64,000 nucleotides of DNA, taken from contig JAUFOR010000004.1 in the NCBI GenBank assembly GCA_040285745.1, positions 496,001 to 560,000 on the forward strand, written 5' to 3'. The notes beneath the pieces are model-generated. The model was not told the origin of the DNA. It saw only the letters and a list, made by a program, of their open reading frames with translations, and made no database searches. The translations under genes were made by a program, and so were the position numbers. How positions within the stretch are numbered: the first letter of the stretch is position 1; each line of letters opens with the position of its first letter. The stretch is from Barthelona sp. PCE (taxonomy: Eukaryota). Positions 12,901-23,100 of the stretch are shown here, piece by piece.

Positions 12901-15900
12901 GAGACTGATATCCAGTCGTTTAAAACCGTCAATAATCAAGTTACTTCGCTAGCCCCGTTGTGGTCTGTACTGGTGAGCTACTTCTGGACGTACATATTCC
13001 ACATTAATTCCAGTGACTTCTGGGAGGTTCTGATTGAGTGTGGTGCTGCTGCTATTTCTTCAGAACTGGCCCTGAGATTCGCTTACCTTCAGCTTTGCGT
13101 CAACGCTAAAGGCGCTTCGCTTGCCAACGATATTAGAAATGTGTGGTCGTACATCCTAAGCGGCATCATCACATCGAAGCGCTGCGACGCATCCATCACA
13201 CAAGCCTTCGCCTCTCATCTCCGCCTCGTAACGACGCTGCTTCTTTCATCTGAAGAGAATAATCCTGGTGAGCACATATCACAACGCCTCTTCCCGTTCA
13301 CAACATCTCTACACACGTGGGGCAAGATCCTCGAAAAACACTATAAGATGATGTACAATCCAAGTGATTCAATGGTGTCCACCTCATACGGTGATATTCA
13401 TTTGTTCTCAGCGTACTCCAACACGTTCGCGGAGTCCCTCATCGTCATGAACGACACGGACCTCATGTCCGAGTATTTCAAGATGTCCTTCAAGTCATCG
13501 TGGTCTTTCCTCTTGACCGAAGCTGATTCGCTTGTGCATGTCCCAGCGGATAACCTCCGCCCTGGGTTCTACACGCCTAAACAGGTGTTGATGCAGTTGG
13601 AAACGTGTTTCATGCACAACGACAACATTGAGCCCATTGCTTTTGTGAGTAACTTTGGTCTTCAGACTGTCCCGCAGCTTCTATTCGAGGCTGTCAGCGA
13701 GCTGTTGACAATGCGTGTAATTGAAGACGCAGATATGTTGCCGAAACTTAACCTAAAGCTTCTTGGACATATTGCGAGCACCTACCAGTATCCTCTGACG
13801 GTTGTTAAATTACTCAAGGAAAGATATGTGCTCTCCCCTGAACGCATAGAAGAGCTAACGGCCCCAACGATCGGCATTGCGCTCAACATTCTGTTTGAGA
13901 ACGGTGATTCCTTCTTGGCGAGACACTTCCTTGTTGAGTTCTTAAAGAAGGATAGCAAACCCACAACTATCACATCTCAGCTAATCAACAACCTAGAACT
14001 TTTGGGTGTGTACGAGATTCAAGGATTGACTCGCCAGTGCTGTGATATTGCATTTGATTGCGTGCTTATTGCACAAAACGAAAGCAGACCAATGGTTTTC
14101 AAGTTCTTGCTTGATGATTGTATTCGTCTCATGAAATTGTGCGGAGACTTTAAGTCAATTCGTCTGTTGAGTGAGAAACTGATGATCAGTCAGGTGACAC
14201 ACACTGATGCACATATCGTCTTCCCCTGTCCAAAGTCCATTGACCCGATCGTGACAATGGAAGCGTTTGCGTTAAGCACTGACTGGAATAACGACTCTTT
14301 CTGTCAGATCTTCAATGGCTACATTTCATCAATGTATCCAGCCGTACAGATGCAGAGGACAAACGCGCAGAAGAAGAAGCCCGTGCATGTCAAGGCCGAG
14401 GACGCCCAACTGATTGGAAGAGTATTGAGTGACCACGACAGACTTATGCGCTTCCTCAAGATTACTCTACTATCTAAGGATGGTCTGCTTGGTGAGAACA
14501 CTCTACATGCCTTGGGACTTGGTACGCTCGCCCAGGATTATGTATCTGTGTTGTATCAGCGTCACATGTCTAACAAGTTTGTTTCTCTTGATAAGATTCT
14601 GAAGGGATTGGTTCGCTTTGAATTCACTTCGGCGGTTGGCGTACAAGGGTTGGTTCCTGCACGCCTGCACATGTCTCTTTTCAGAAATGTGCCAAACGAC
14701 GAGTTAATGATGCGCTTCTACGCGGAACAACGGGTGTTCGAGTCTTTACCGCATTTAGAGGATACAATCTTCAACCAAAGGTATCTTGCACACGTGTCCA
14801 CTGTTTCACAAATTGTAAGGCAGCTGAAGAATCGTAAATGCTACGATATCTCTCTTGCATTGTTGGAGGAGCACTTTAGGAATATTCCACCTATCATGTA
14901 TGAGGTCGATGCAGGCCAGCTGTACTTAGGCACCACTCTTCGCGAGTATATACTCCTCTTGTTACATGACCAGAATCCAAACACCATGTTGCATGCGCTC
15001 AAGTACCTTGACGAACAGTGTGTTTTATGGATAGAGCGCTGTGATAATCCTCAACTAACATCCATGATGTATTCTCTCCGTGGCCGTGTGTTAAGCAACC
15101 TGTACGACCGCCTCATGCGCCTAAAGAGCAAGAGCCGATTTGACAGCAAGCTGGAGGAGACCATTTTACGTCTTAACCGATACTTTGAGTCAATTACGAA
15201 TGCACCAATTGAAACAAACATGATAGAGTATGTTCTCGAGAAGGCCAACGTCTACCTGTCAAGCAGCATACGTACGATGCCCAACAATAACAGCACACCA
15301 GCAGGGACTCCTTCGTACTGGAAGAACTATTCCATTCACTGTCGAAGGGTCCTTTACTCTTTTAAGACAATCAACGCTGAGTTCTACAAATGGATGAAGC
15401 ACTATATTATCACACAGCTCGTGGCATCCCTCTTCGACGCACAAGGAGCCACAGTCCTGAGCAGATCCAACGTGTTGACTAATGTTTTCTACCTCCTTTG
15501 CCTTCATCACGAAGAACTGTCGAAGGATGAGAGATTTATGAAGCGTGTTCAGCGCCTCTCCACCGAGAAGTTGCTGTTCTCGTGGATTATTTGGAATCTT
15601 GACTTCTTCCTACGCTTGTTCATTTTTGGTCCGAATTACGATACGGATACAGATGCTTGGGAAACACCAGACTGGTTTGTGCTCATGCTCAAGAACACAC
15701 TAGCGGTTAACAACATGCTTGTTCCCATGCAGCTGCGTCAGTCAAAGAAACACCTTCGGCACCTCGCCCCTATCGTTTTCTTTGGTTACATGGTTTTGTG
15801 TGACGCTGACGATGACGTCGTTGGTATGTCCCTTGATGACATCACAGACCACTTCACAAAGAATAGGGAAAGATCTAAGGTTGACGCAAACGCCCTTACA

Positions 15901-17298
15901 TTTGTCCAGATTCTTTCAGAGAACCATTCCGATAAGGTACGTGATATATGGTCTCTGCTCTCAAAGATAGAGGATCTCACTCTCTTCCAGGAGATCTTCC
16001 AACGCGTACAAAAGATGGCTGATCAAGTCGCAACCAGCATTCAAAACCGTGAATCCGTTGATATCAAACAGTATGTTCAAGGTCTCATTGCAGATTACAA
16101 TCACTTTATTGAAACAAAGGCGGTGGGTAGTAACTTGCTTGACTCGGTAGTGTGCCAGTCACACTGTCAGGTCAGCTCATATATCCGCATTGCATTGGTT
16201 GGTCTTGATGAACGATTGTCTGCGTGTTCGAATCTTGCAGATGTTGCAAAGATTCTGTACAGCTTAATGGATATCCTGACTGATTCATTCCGTACTGTTG
16301 TGCCCGGTATCGTTAAGAACTCAACATCAACCAGCATGTTTGTATTTGAACTCATTCTAGGTAAGCGGATCCGCTCTATGTCGCCTCGAGCATACGTCAC
16401 GCCCACCAAAACTACCCTGTGTGCTCTCACAGTCAATGGTAGATACACTGATCTTGCTGTGAGATACAGCTCGTATAAAGACTACAAGGCACGTAGATTC
16501 CTCGACGTTCGGGCACTACACGTTGTTGAAACCGATGTTTTGCCCCTGAGCAGGTCCTTCTTGCACAGATGCTCAATTGCTGAAAATAGTTTGATCTTGC
16601 ACATGCCCAACATCCATGCTGTCATTAGTGAGCAGCTATCAAAAATTCACAACTTGCCCAAATCTTCCAACAAGCGTAGGCTTCCCTTGGAAACACTCCT
16701 TAATGACCAAATTTCTCTCCATATTCCTAAACAGTCTTCGATCGAACAAACACTTCATATGAAGCGCAACTTATGTGTGGGGATGATCAAGGCTTACTTA
16801 ACAAGTCATGTGATGGGTTTACCTCTACCGCGTCTACACGAGTTCTCTGTAGACTTCGAACGAATTTCGCTACGTGTTCTCTCAGCTGCAGGACCAAATG
16901 CACTGGGCCGATCAGATTCTCTGAATGCGCTTCCATCTTCATTAATGAGATTTGTTGGAAAGCAGCTCTTCATCGGATTGGGTATCCCCGCTGCTATTCG
17001 TTTTGTTAATGATGTTCAAACATTCGACAATTTGCCTGGCCGAGAATTCCAAGTTATACTGGACGATATCCATAAGTTTGCCTTTGGTTATTACATCAAG
17101 AAGTCTCAAGCATTCAGACATCAAAGGGTATGTCTTATATCCAAACGACTGCATAAACTCATGACGGACACTGACGACGTTTTATCAAGGTCCAAATTAC
17201 GCAAACACATTCATGAGAAGGTTGTAAGTCTTATCAAGACATGCGCAGATCAAAAGATAAACAGTATGCTACCTGTTCAGCTAGGTTATTATCTTTAA
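3946..17298 (+). CDS. TRRAP: Giant intronless PIKK-family protein, Tra1/TRRAP-like (helical solenoid, degenerate kinase-like region, FATC-like end)
   Basis: 4450 aa from ATG 3946 (MDAFATF), helical throughout. LPSSLMRFVGKQLFIG resembles the PIKK 'PFRLTPNI..FIG' segment, and the terminal MLPVQLGYYL* resembles FATC. No DRH/DFG catalytic motifs were seen. Confidence 0.55.
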   Translation: MDAFATFSEFLDQAPSFEDHILNKLTSIYDPIRCDLERLHLSPNEHKTTFHRVMEWIRALQPQNLVDNRIDPLFDFVVHFPLCPVFEEFSKDIIVLVLNMGCSSLVRQEITPELKLKLVKLLLIVHTRYTVHRFTEATVQTLSVSEKMFNSSLLEIFYRLFASTLQEITYSECSPDIFLFVLQVTVTFSELDGNVHKSALAFFVNTFLTEDVQNLIVKTFNDRSNNDNSDYLEKLFQLAFHVYLMLFKFQNDIDNPLVLNHLRTIKMFVREYLPIWHLSLNTETLTKLSLLIDLSGISLDDFLLNTHYPTRQDSPLATNSQVRSMLVELTHTANQFTNLEGTFAKRLAHIMYLCSLIESPCFVIEEVIGFQYWLFSREVPTKAGPFEVLVEMAIALGKEHYQSLLFVISRLFHVFESRITMLNDLMFQMSSEFVNENDRISTIPLTDHFASYFPYEVLEQCDIRPPTKEECAKYKDLAPKYLILSNATMNVLFRKFFYWMYWVTMSLRMFVDIIKKNIIDGLEAKKHSNISPFQNAEFSNLYAKSSFSIVYSLMQITLKHSYLFSSTLNSIPRAKVAPSRAARYFIEIVSAFARCDSDSTHALIRRLFDENHDKILLFPNFFRVIFQYIMSAQQQQQSEKSLQIPLGGVLDPPAILLNVRRFVLNYYAQILFQLTAMSHHPYGYIHNNRTVEIDNDFVSTHDIITATEPDFFVFDCDPAFETLKKHKSLIYYLKVSNLNSIGQYRHGYNFPLFETMLDNFLTGVLYLFVGSYTLRGFTKQLFEEMEAILLSLVAALKKTKHVTTLIGFFQTFVNCALSQSKVSKTNANALRRIEHIIYFLWQTILDLMQVDSLKIKNDAALLGLTTIEVIPTQILAFCKSLHPIFVHSLSTFSILKNNGRVIVTVTHAFSKTIDILSRLVQLEKEWVNAGQEARKRLDELNHVQDELVDATEFEHEILLPLMKCASLARYSDSTLDHLGAYVTVFDNVFDKSSLLNMAHKAEAIITSIIRWNKVRLMRPEVPFESTDRQIPLCDPFKLHPLKPYFTLLKDLIHNSPVEEVVMFNEHPFEFFKVVRSGLAGLSQFDSSSNTSYDDIYSTMVFMIDLVRTKMEDVISSIVEFKQQPSLNRKKLTEDNSVYHMMLSIFMCTAALFELQVSFPPSHEKTIIIKKIAEVEGIIVDHIVEQELNPIDLLNAFILTQHIGSILIRRKCSYVLDRIFSEWNNRCEEKGLFLADNDYFSTNWLYHTTSHLASFSHAERQATEIYLALLMSYLVEVNDNGSIRVLYETQLCSAFLESNEVIGHFIVRSIRLNQLPYVALSQSMCHKLFLDFSYIILNSGDEDKHYATIKWLVKFLSDYNMAIRDLAFFVLHFLTLDVDVMSPWDGMLNFKHHYYTQCWQPLAIDMFRRELNSTFNEKPLGGTFDFKGTWTEHENTRFMRALLERQKYCCSVDEIGIVSNVREMFLPNNVFLDPRCDFEKNQILFMAKPIEKQELLTLDTLLSAISSCNLKIQPDLDYTVIPLLSRIFSLLRFYFKRPDIEKDPSILWEALDANDSILNIISVIEPYIATVLSRRYFDIQDNTLRGSINPLHFRFSQAAIESERMYVLNGFLSEKTKDTYVLVEMLELLRQIIKLCADFNYRLGSKKNIDLSHLKTVENKFSKHFATIVCLCYVSGNVVVSTKARMLALELSRVGPCSNRYYWSENESVMQIVAPLIVFNGADTFKEMSTAYCKLLMQLSFSFPITFQKRLLTTGIQPNAIFQQLVDPPVINTLFILLTIINSAVSPSELSRSLWDAIMELLFPHPKFDTLLATTLVYPKALMRLFNELGPATVSMAGGLTILCEKQIDFAITKFFHELLHSAGECFNNILKFPSFINFCLQLKTRGRMALTKILMEKSKKGTFEYPINNRSRAVEITQTLVSQIPYAFTGYFTQEDFRELPLNRPALLNNLKRSLQIELVNMEENYFEMLQSVNPSIPQQSAMVLPITNTISSTLMSSLLFCTQVTDTLMSFSSSIFQIKKLISDAMEGSQAYIGFFDMLFDTIVMCLATTDYHPGTNRISFKSLTHSKIIQRLLPQMPGIVLYRFFIWLLEQLKLPYIPNNTNDDSPRVKVEERFVVSQSMCSLLSNCSTNSFHRYRLQLIHCALIPVLHHIVRRCILRIQHNNDPESYTPFNKYHKQTERHYWNYMLHEMFPFEYEQIINETMPLVTSVVANCISHNDFPEDVGRALVYGTWQFFDHILYFMCDLFELKRKNDSNVEFEHISWLNDVEQFITEAHSYVSSNHLLQTGTFNDYYFTSLMYVLKMHCLVSEDALVKHDRSAQFDMYIISALKEDPGIYGDYVNVGLVKLLEIGTRCRNSTYDEHVSFINRIFTNRIVFLTRVRQVLNRISTEFRKVYRLFTILFYLRKGLLHDFIPSIYHDLNSTENLSSNEKANLNQLLLEKVGDIYQHVSSRSVTSHLFNLLNISNSCVSRDDQFLFRSIKLGCLLIYISRLGLELHNEQANSEFNEKRLKFLFSATSSNLNNLLVSFKQPHMQQNPRSLEILNVTCESIVLLYQNWRTNVLENEQTRTLFFQIGGAELEIRDSYKHTTGQLVDKRIGLLKHMILQCPEFLNVIAPTFAPHAAKAVACVSSWECKPKTDPAPKEVCNFLLWIRSRGLMTEQVANNFLNAFIARALELKRAINNRYKRSEDILLLFAAMSIINLKCIMICLSCISFLSVDQSERLLDIAVNVLGYRKESLTPLMSNIEQAFAPGNNTGFLQYKAMIDNVKSPIIIEFFRSMHPHFEAFVWHSIRYAFMLLSRLSITLTIDKFTPRSNNIVRGKGMKSVKRPPRASAATATEYTIASMALRVYSFVMKDLLSQFKVGVTSVYYRLYLSFIIRDVVYGMFSQHEFAETVQLAFQAAVFETRSDHQAHMSHCPLFNSSDILDIDSTYSFFDNGNRDYDPYDVFYSRLKIDREKLTYTLFSPLWMRFHLLLARLLAVYETDIQSFKTVNNQVTSLAPLWSVLVSYFWTYIFHINSSDFWEVLIECGAAAISSELALRFAYLQLCVNAKGASLANDIRNVWSYILSGIITSKRCDASITQAFASHLRLVTTLLLSSEENNPGEHISQRLFPFTTSLHTWGKILEKHYKMMYNPSDSMVSTSYGDIHLFSAYSNTFAESLIVMNDTDLMSEYFKMSFKSSWSFLLTEADSLVHVPADNLRPGFYTPKQVLMQLETCFMHNDNIEPIAFVSNFGLQTVPQLLFEAVSELLTMRVIEDADMLPKLNLKLLGHIASTYQYPLTVVKLLKERYVLSPERIEELTAPTIGIALNILFENGDSFLARHFLVEFLKKDSKPTTITSQLINNLELLGVYEIQGLTRQCCDIAFDCVLIAQNESRPMVFKFLLDDCIRLMKLCGDFKSIRLLSEKLMISQVTHTDAHIVFPCPKSIDPIVTMEAFALSTDWNNDSFCQIFNGYISSMYPAVQMQRTNAQKKKPVHVKAEDAQLIGRVLSDHDRLMRFLKITLLSKDGLLGENTLHALGLGTLAQDYVSVLYQRHMSNKFVSLDKILKGLVRFEFTSAVGVQGLVPARLHMSLFRNVPNDELMMRFYAEQRVFESLPHLEDTIFNQRYLAHVSTVSQIVRQLKNRKCYDISLALLEEHFRNIPPIMYEVDAGQLYLGTTLREYILLLLHDQNPNTMLHALKYLDEQCVLWIERCDNPQLTSMMYSLRGRVLSNLYDRLMRLKSKSRFDSKLEETILRLNRYFESITNAPIETNMIEYVLEKANVYLSSSIRTMPNNNSTPAGTPSYWKNYSIHCRRVLYSFKTINAEFYKWMKHYIITQLVASLFDAQGATVLSRSNVLTNVFYLLCLHHEELSKDERFMKRVQRLSTEKLLFSWIIWNLDFFLRLFIFGPNYDTDTDAWETPDWFVLMLKNTLAVNNMLVPMQLRQSKKHLRHLAPIVFFGYMVLCDADDDVVGMSLDDITDHFTKNRERSKVDANALTFVQILSENHSDKVRDIWSLLSKIEDLTLFQEIFQRVQKMADQVATSIQNRESVDIKQYVQGLIADYNHFIETKAVGSNLLDSVVCQSHCQVSSYIRIALVGLDERLSACSNLADVAKILYSLMDILTDSFRTVVPGIVKNSTSTSMFVFELILGKRIRSMSPRAYVTPTKTTLCALTVNGRYTDLAVRYSSYKDYKARRFLDVRALHVVETDVLPLSRSFLHRCSIAENSLILHMPNIHAVISEQLSKIHNLPKSSNKRRLPLETLLNDQISLHIPKQSSIEQTLHMKRNLCVGMIKAYLTSHVMGLPLPRLHEFSVDFERISLRVLSAAGPNALGRSDSLNALPSSLMRFVGKQLFIGLGIPAAIRFVNDVQTFDNLPGREFQVILDDIHKFAFGYYIKKSQAFRHQRVCLISKRLHKLMTDTDDVLSRSKLRKHIHEKVVSLIKTCADQKINSMLPVQLGYYL

Positions 17299-17450
17299 TA
17301 AACAATCAACATATTTTCTAAAGTTTAAGTTTGTTGCATTTCGTCTTTGAGACCTATTCTATCTATTGAAAATTCGCAAAGGAGAAAAAGGTTCTTTCTT
17401 CTTGTTGTATCTTTAATCCTTTTCTTTTTCTCTTATCGTGTGACTTTTCC

Positions 17451-19127
17451 ATGTTGGAAGACGAGGGTAAGCAGTTCATACACACTATTTTGGGGGATGA
17501 GACGGTTTTTGATCTCGATTTAATGGTTTATCTAAAAGACGGCCGAAAACTGTGTACATTGATCGGTAGACTGCTTGAAAAGCCGATGGAGGCCTCGGAT
17601 TCGAGTATGCCGTTTGTTCAACGCGAGAACATTTCAAAGTTTTTAGCCGGCTGTACCGAGTATGGTGTTAAACAACAAGATTTGTTCTCAGTTGATGATT
17701 TATTTGAGGAAAAATCTCGGCAACAGGTGATGATAACCTTAAATGCACTTCGTAGATTGTACAATGCTGTTCAGCTTGATAAATCACCTTTAGGACGTTC
17801 AGTTGAGTTCTATGAAACAGAATACGATACAGAAGACATCGATATGGTCTCGTCGATCATCCCAGCAAATATTAATTCAATAATGGCAGTTGATGAGGAA
17901 TCCGTCGATGAAGCTGTTGGTAATATGGTTAGTGATGCCGTCCTTGATCAGGAAGGCAACAAGATACCGATGTCTGTCAATGCTTTACTGTTTGTGAATA
18001 AGTTGAAGAAGAAAACCGTTGCTTTGAAGAATGAAAAGCTTAAGAGATTGGAGAGTGAGGCTAAATTACAGGTAATGCATCAGAAACTCGATCTACCACC
18101 ACCAATCACCGCTGCAACGGCTAAGGAGTTGGAAGTGGCTCAAAAGAAGATTACAGATTTAAACAATGAATGTGAGCTTTTTAAATCAGAAATTGAAAGA
18201 CAAAGAGAATGTCACCTAATGGAACTGGAAGAGATGCGGTATAAAATGGCTGTTTTGGTTAAGAAAGCAATTGAAAGACGTACCAAAGAGGCAGATAATA
18301 GGGTAATTGAGGCAGATAGGCGTGTAGCAGAGCTCGAGCGCGATGTTAAGATGGAGAGAAACGAACTTTCGATTCAAAAAGATGAGATGCTTGATAAATT
18401 CAGAAGTTTGGAGTTAGAAGTCAAGGAACAATTGGTTGAGGTTGAGAACGCCGCAAAGGATGCTCAGAGCGAGACTGTACGAGTTGCAGAAGATTTATTG
18501 CAGCAAACAGAAGGAAATATCAAACTTCGATCAGAGCTTTCACTGCAAGCATCACAGATGAATGAAGCAATGAACGTATTAGCGAAGAAATCAGGCGTTA
18601 TCAACAGTCTGCGTGATATACTTGATGTTAGTTCAACAGATGAATTGATAGAGAAAGTTAGTACGTTGCAATCTGAAAAGAATGCATCTGAAGTCACTAC
18701 AGCTAATTTAGTGGAAGAATTGGCACAGTATCATAAGCAAATTGAGAGAATGGAGAGGAAGATTGTAAGTTTGAAGACAGTAAGAGTACGATCACCAAAA
18801 CCAGTCAAGGAAGTTCCTGTTTCACCTACAATTGATATGCGTCCAGTCATTATGCGATTAGAGCGTGAAAACGACTTTTTAAAACTAGAAAATGAGGAGC
18901 TCAAAGAAAAATTGGAGAATTGGGAGGATGATCTTAAATTGGCTGCAGAGAACGTTAGTATGGCGCTTGCAGATCAGATTCATAAGTTAGAGAGCGATAA
19001 GGGAGATCTGGAGCAGTTATTAAAAAAGAAAGATCAACTCTTGCATCAGAAAGAGAAAGAGTGTCTGGGTCTTCAGCGTAAACTTGCGTTACGAGTCCAC
19101 AGATCTCAGAGACTTAACAATCAGTGA
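17451..19127 (+). CDS. Calponin-homology (CH) domain plus long coiled-coil protein
   Basis: LKDGRKLCTLI...QRENISKFLAGCTEYGV...LFSVDDLFE...QVMITLNAL is a calponin/transgelin-type CH signature; E/K/L heptads follow. Confidence 0.85.
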   Translation: MLEDEGKQFIHTILGDETVFDLDLMVYLKDGRKLCTLIGRLLEKPMEASDSSMPFVQRENISKFLAGCTEYGVKQQDLFSVDDLFEEKSRQQVMITLNALRRLYNAVQLDKSPLGRSVEFYETEYDTEDIDMVSSIIPANINSIMAVDEESVDEAVGNMVSDAVLDQEGNKIPMSVNALLFVNKLKKKTVALKNEKLKRLESEAKLQVMHQKLDLPPPITAATAKELEVAQKKITDLNNECELFKSEIERQRECHLMELEEMRYKMAVLVKKAIERRTKEADNRVIEADRRVAELERDVKMERNELSIQKDEMLDKFRSLELEVKEQLVEVENAAKDAQSETVRVAEDLLQQTEGNIKLRSELSLQASQMNEAMNVLAKKSGVINSLRDILDVSSTDELIEKVSTLQSEKNASEVTTANLVEELAQYHKQIERMERKIVSLKTVRVRSPKPVKEVPVSPTIDMRPVIMRLERENDFLKLENEELKEKLENWEDDLKLAAENVSMALADQIHKLESDKGDLEQLLKKKDQLLHQKEKECLGLQRKLALRVHRSQRLNNQ

Positions 19128-19561
19128 GTAAACCTTACTTTATGAGATTATATAGTGTATTATTGTGTTCTTGCTGAATCTTTTTAAAAAACTGCACAAC
19201 TTCAAATGTTTGTTAAAACATATTTTGAACTTGTGGAACGTATGAAAATACACATAGTAGGTCAGAAATAGTGGTAAAAATTAGGAACAAATAAACAAGA
19301 TTATGGATAAGTTCATATTCGTTTTATGTTTCTATTTCTGGTTCTGTTTCCATATTAAAACATGCAAGTTGGGGTGTTGCTCTTGCTAACAGTAAAGTAG
19401 TGATTCTCAAGTGAGTCTAGAGAAAGATATTCTATTAACTCTTTGTACCGTTGTTTTCCCTAAATTCTAACGTATGTAGAACGTTAAAACGTATATTTCC
19501 GCGCTTCTTACGCTCAATAAATGGCTGAAACCTTCTTTTACTTTCCTATCCTTTTTTTCTC

Positions 19562-20050
19562 ATGGTCTATTCAAGATTCAACCAAGATACTAACTGTGTG
19601 AAAGCCAGAGTTAGTGACGTTCGCAGTTCATTCAAGAAGGCTCGCGAAACCGTTAGAGTTCTCAAGAACATGACTCTCCCCCAAGCTCAGACCTTTTTGA
19701 GAGACGTTCTTGATCACAAGCGCTGTGTCCCTATGACCCGCTTCGCTACCGGTACTGGCCGTTGCGCTCAAGCCAAGGCTTGGAAGACTTCTCGTGGTCG
19801 CTGGCCTACTAAGACCTGCAACATTCTCCTTAAGCTTCTCCAGAACGCTGAGGCTTCTGCCATCAACAAGGAGGTTGACGTTAACACTCTTGTTATTGAT
19901 CACATTCAGGCTAACCAAGCCGTCAAGGGTCGTCGTCGTACTTACCGTGCTCACGGTCGTGTTTCTCCCTACCAGAGCAACCCTTGTCACCTTGAAGTCG
20001 TCCTTCGTTCCAAGGCTGACATCGTCCCTGCCGCCACCGATCTCCAGTAA
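19562..20050 (+). CDS. RPL17: 60S ribosomal protein L17 (uL22)
   Basis: GRCAQAKAWK, GRWPTK, LLQNAEASA, RRTYRAHGRVSPYQSNPCHLE; strong codon bias typical of a highly expressed gene. Confidence 0.97.
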   Translation: MVYSRFNQDTNCVKARVSDVRSSFKKARETVRVLKNMTLPQAQTFLRDVLDHKRCVPMTRFATGTGRCAQAKAWKTSRGRWPTKTCNILLKLLQNAEASAINKEVDVNTLVIDHIQANQAVKGRRRTYRAHGRVSPYQSNPCHLEVVLRSKADIVPAATDLQ

Positions 20051-20196
20051 TAGAATTGGGTGTTTGAGTAAACCGTCTGGGTAATTTGTTTCTTTACAAA
20101 GTTGTAGAACAATAAAGAACAGTTAAAGACTTATGCAAAAAAAAGTTTGCTTTGTTTTTCTTTGTTTAACATAATTCACCGCAAAACGCATCATTT

Positions 20197-23100
20197 ATGA
20201 ATGATGTTTTTGCGTCCACGCTTAGTGGATTCTCATTAACTTCACCTGAATCGCTCACAGGGGGATTTTCATTGAATGATGAAAAACGCGAATTCTACAT
20301 CGGTCTGGTGTCTGTCAACCACTCTAGCACGTTCACTCCGTCGTGCGACAGTCTCAAATGCAACCTAAATCTATTTTCTGTCGGTAGTTCTGAAGGTAGT
20401 GTTATGCTGTTTACATATTTAAATGATGAACTGAAAAAGTTCATGGTATATACTCCTCTTTATCAGGATTCCCCAAGTTGTTGTATCAATATTGAGATGT
20501 GTAACCTTCAAAGCGATGTTTTTATCATAACAACTCATTTAAATGGCCTAATATGTATTTTTTCGATCAATAACTGTACTATATCTCGCCTTTTCAAGTT
20601 AGATAATATGATTAAACAATGTGTTGTCGTTCATAATAGTCTTTTCTTAATCGATGAGTTTTCTCATATACATAAACTAAATTTCAGTGATTTGAGTTTG
20701 TATTCATTGAAATGTGACATTCCAGAAGCTGTTGATCATTGTTTCACCGTTTTTCACAAAGATTGTTATTATTTAGTAATATATTCCCTTCTTGGAGATC
20801 TCCGTTTTTATAATTTACTTGAGGAGCAGTATTACGACAGCCCACCAAACATTGAAGCAACGTTTGAGAAGCTACAGATAAACAGTGGGTTGGTCAACAG
20901 CCTCAATTATTTTACCATATTTCACATCACAGATACTTGCTTTCAATTGTTTGATCTCATTGGTAGCGTGCTTGGAGAGCATATTTTGGAGGATGGAGAA
21001 GAGTATTGTAGTTATTTCATTGCAAAAAAAGAGTATATATGTATATTAACATCAAAAAAACGTGTTTTGTGTTTTTTGAATGGAATTTATGTAAGTGAAT
21101 GTGTGTTTCCATCTGAAAACTACGCATATTCTGTCTTTTATAACGAAGATAATTATTTCTTTCCTATTATTAGTGAATCGCATACTATATCATTCAAATA
21201 TTCACCACGTTTAAAACCAAAGATGAATGTTGACTTTGCAATCAAGAACGATTGTGGTGTCGATTGCCTCAGTGTTCTATTTCTAAAGGATGATACTATA
21301 TATCTGTCCTTCGACACCGACGTGTCTCACACATTCACAGGACGCAATTTCACACACGTTATACACTGGGGGGATAAGGGTGTCATTGCAACGGAAGAAA
21401 AGGCTGTTCTGTTCTTTCCAAATTTCAAAAACGGTATCCCTTTTCATTTCCATTGTTCTGCGCATATTACCAGCATTAAAATCATCAATAAGCACATCAT
21501 TGTGTTCAAACACCGCATTGGTGTCACAGTTTGCTTCGTGCATGGTGCTGAACGCGACCACCGCATTATCTCGAGATTTATTTCACTTCACGGTGTTTTT
21601 GATTGTTGGTTAGAGGCAGCACATCTAGTTTTGAGAGCATCTCACGACCGGGTGCTGCGATATGACCTAAGTACGGATGTCTTATTCACCAGCATACCAA
21701 AATCAGAAGTGTGGGAAGATCGCATGTCAGAATCATTGGACGATGAGTGTAGACCTGCCGTTATGGTTGATAAGCGGTACTTCTTAAGGCCCCTGATGAT
21801 TGACCTGATAGCATTGGATTCACGGGTATCAAAACGGTTAGTATACCAGATTTTGCGTGTTCTGTTTACATGTCGGGAATTGCTGAGGACCAACAATAGG
21901 TTTGGCATCGATGCGTTTTTAGATTTTGACGTGGCAGTAACAACAACAACAACAAAAGGAATATTGATACCATTAACGAATCATATCAATGAGATACCAG
22001 TTTTAAGCGATATCATGTGCTGTGTTGTGTGTGCTCTCATCAATTTGTATGCGAGATTCAACTCAAGAGTGCAAAAGGACATGATGCTTTTGTGTAGCAC
22101 ACTTCCATCACAGTTATTAGTGGACTGCTCTTTTGAGATTGCGTCACACAGCTTCTCCTTGATATCATCGATGATCCTTACACGTGTATCCGCTGTTGTC
22201 CTCGCGGCACGAGATGTATTAGAGATTGCCCTCTGCTATGTGACTGGGAATCAGAGTGACAACTCACAAGTTAGGCATTTGGCCAATCAACTTCGACTTG
22301 ACGCTGGAGAAGTGCCTACGCTGCGGCATTTGGTAAGACATTTCTTAAAGGCAGACAAAGATGATGATACATTCCTCAGCCTGGACGCTATGAGTAAGGT
22401 TGTAAGTAGCAGTCTTTTATTAACCACTTTCTTCACATTTGACCACGCATTAACCCCGCTTTTGTATGACCAACTGGATATACTTCATGTAATGCTGTTA
22501 AATTTCTTAAAACAATCGAATTTCCATTCTTTCGCATATATGATGATGAATATCGATAATTTCATCAAGAATCCTTTTATTCTGAATAATTTGGAATTGT
22601 TTTACTCCATTTTATTACAAATTTCAGTTAATGAAAAAGATAATTTTGATGTATTCAGTGCTTTTCATTCAATGCTAATATTATTAAAGACTTTTCCTGA
22701 AAAGAGTGTTAAAATGTACCTGAAGCTGATTAGAAAGAAGGATTACAACTATCAATTCAAAATTTTATTGTTAAAGGTTCTTCAATATGTTTTACTAAAT
22801 CACATTTTTGATGATAATACGATGCGGCATTACTTTAGCACGTTCTGGGACATTTGTTTCTATATCTTAAGTCCGGATTATATATTGTTCAGTAACGAAC
22901 ACCTGAGAAAGTCCTGTCAGAATTTTTTATCGAAATTGGTTGAATATACACCGTTTTTAGAGTTCTTGTTAAGTGAGGGAACCAATGCTCCTGAGTTTTT
23001 GCTCGTTGGTATTGATAAGAAGAGAGTGAACAAGTTCAACATTGTAACTTTTCGTAAAGCTCGAAAATATAAGCTTTCTAGTTCTGCAACACCATCCCTC

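Noticed and set aside
19628-19990. 120-aa ORF antisense to RPL17
   Set aside because: By-product of strong codon bias; no protein-like motifs
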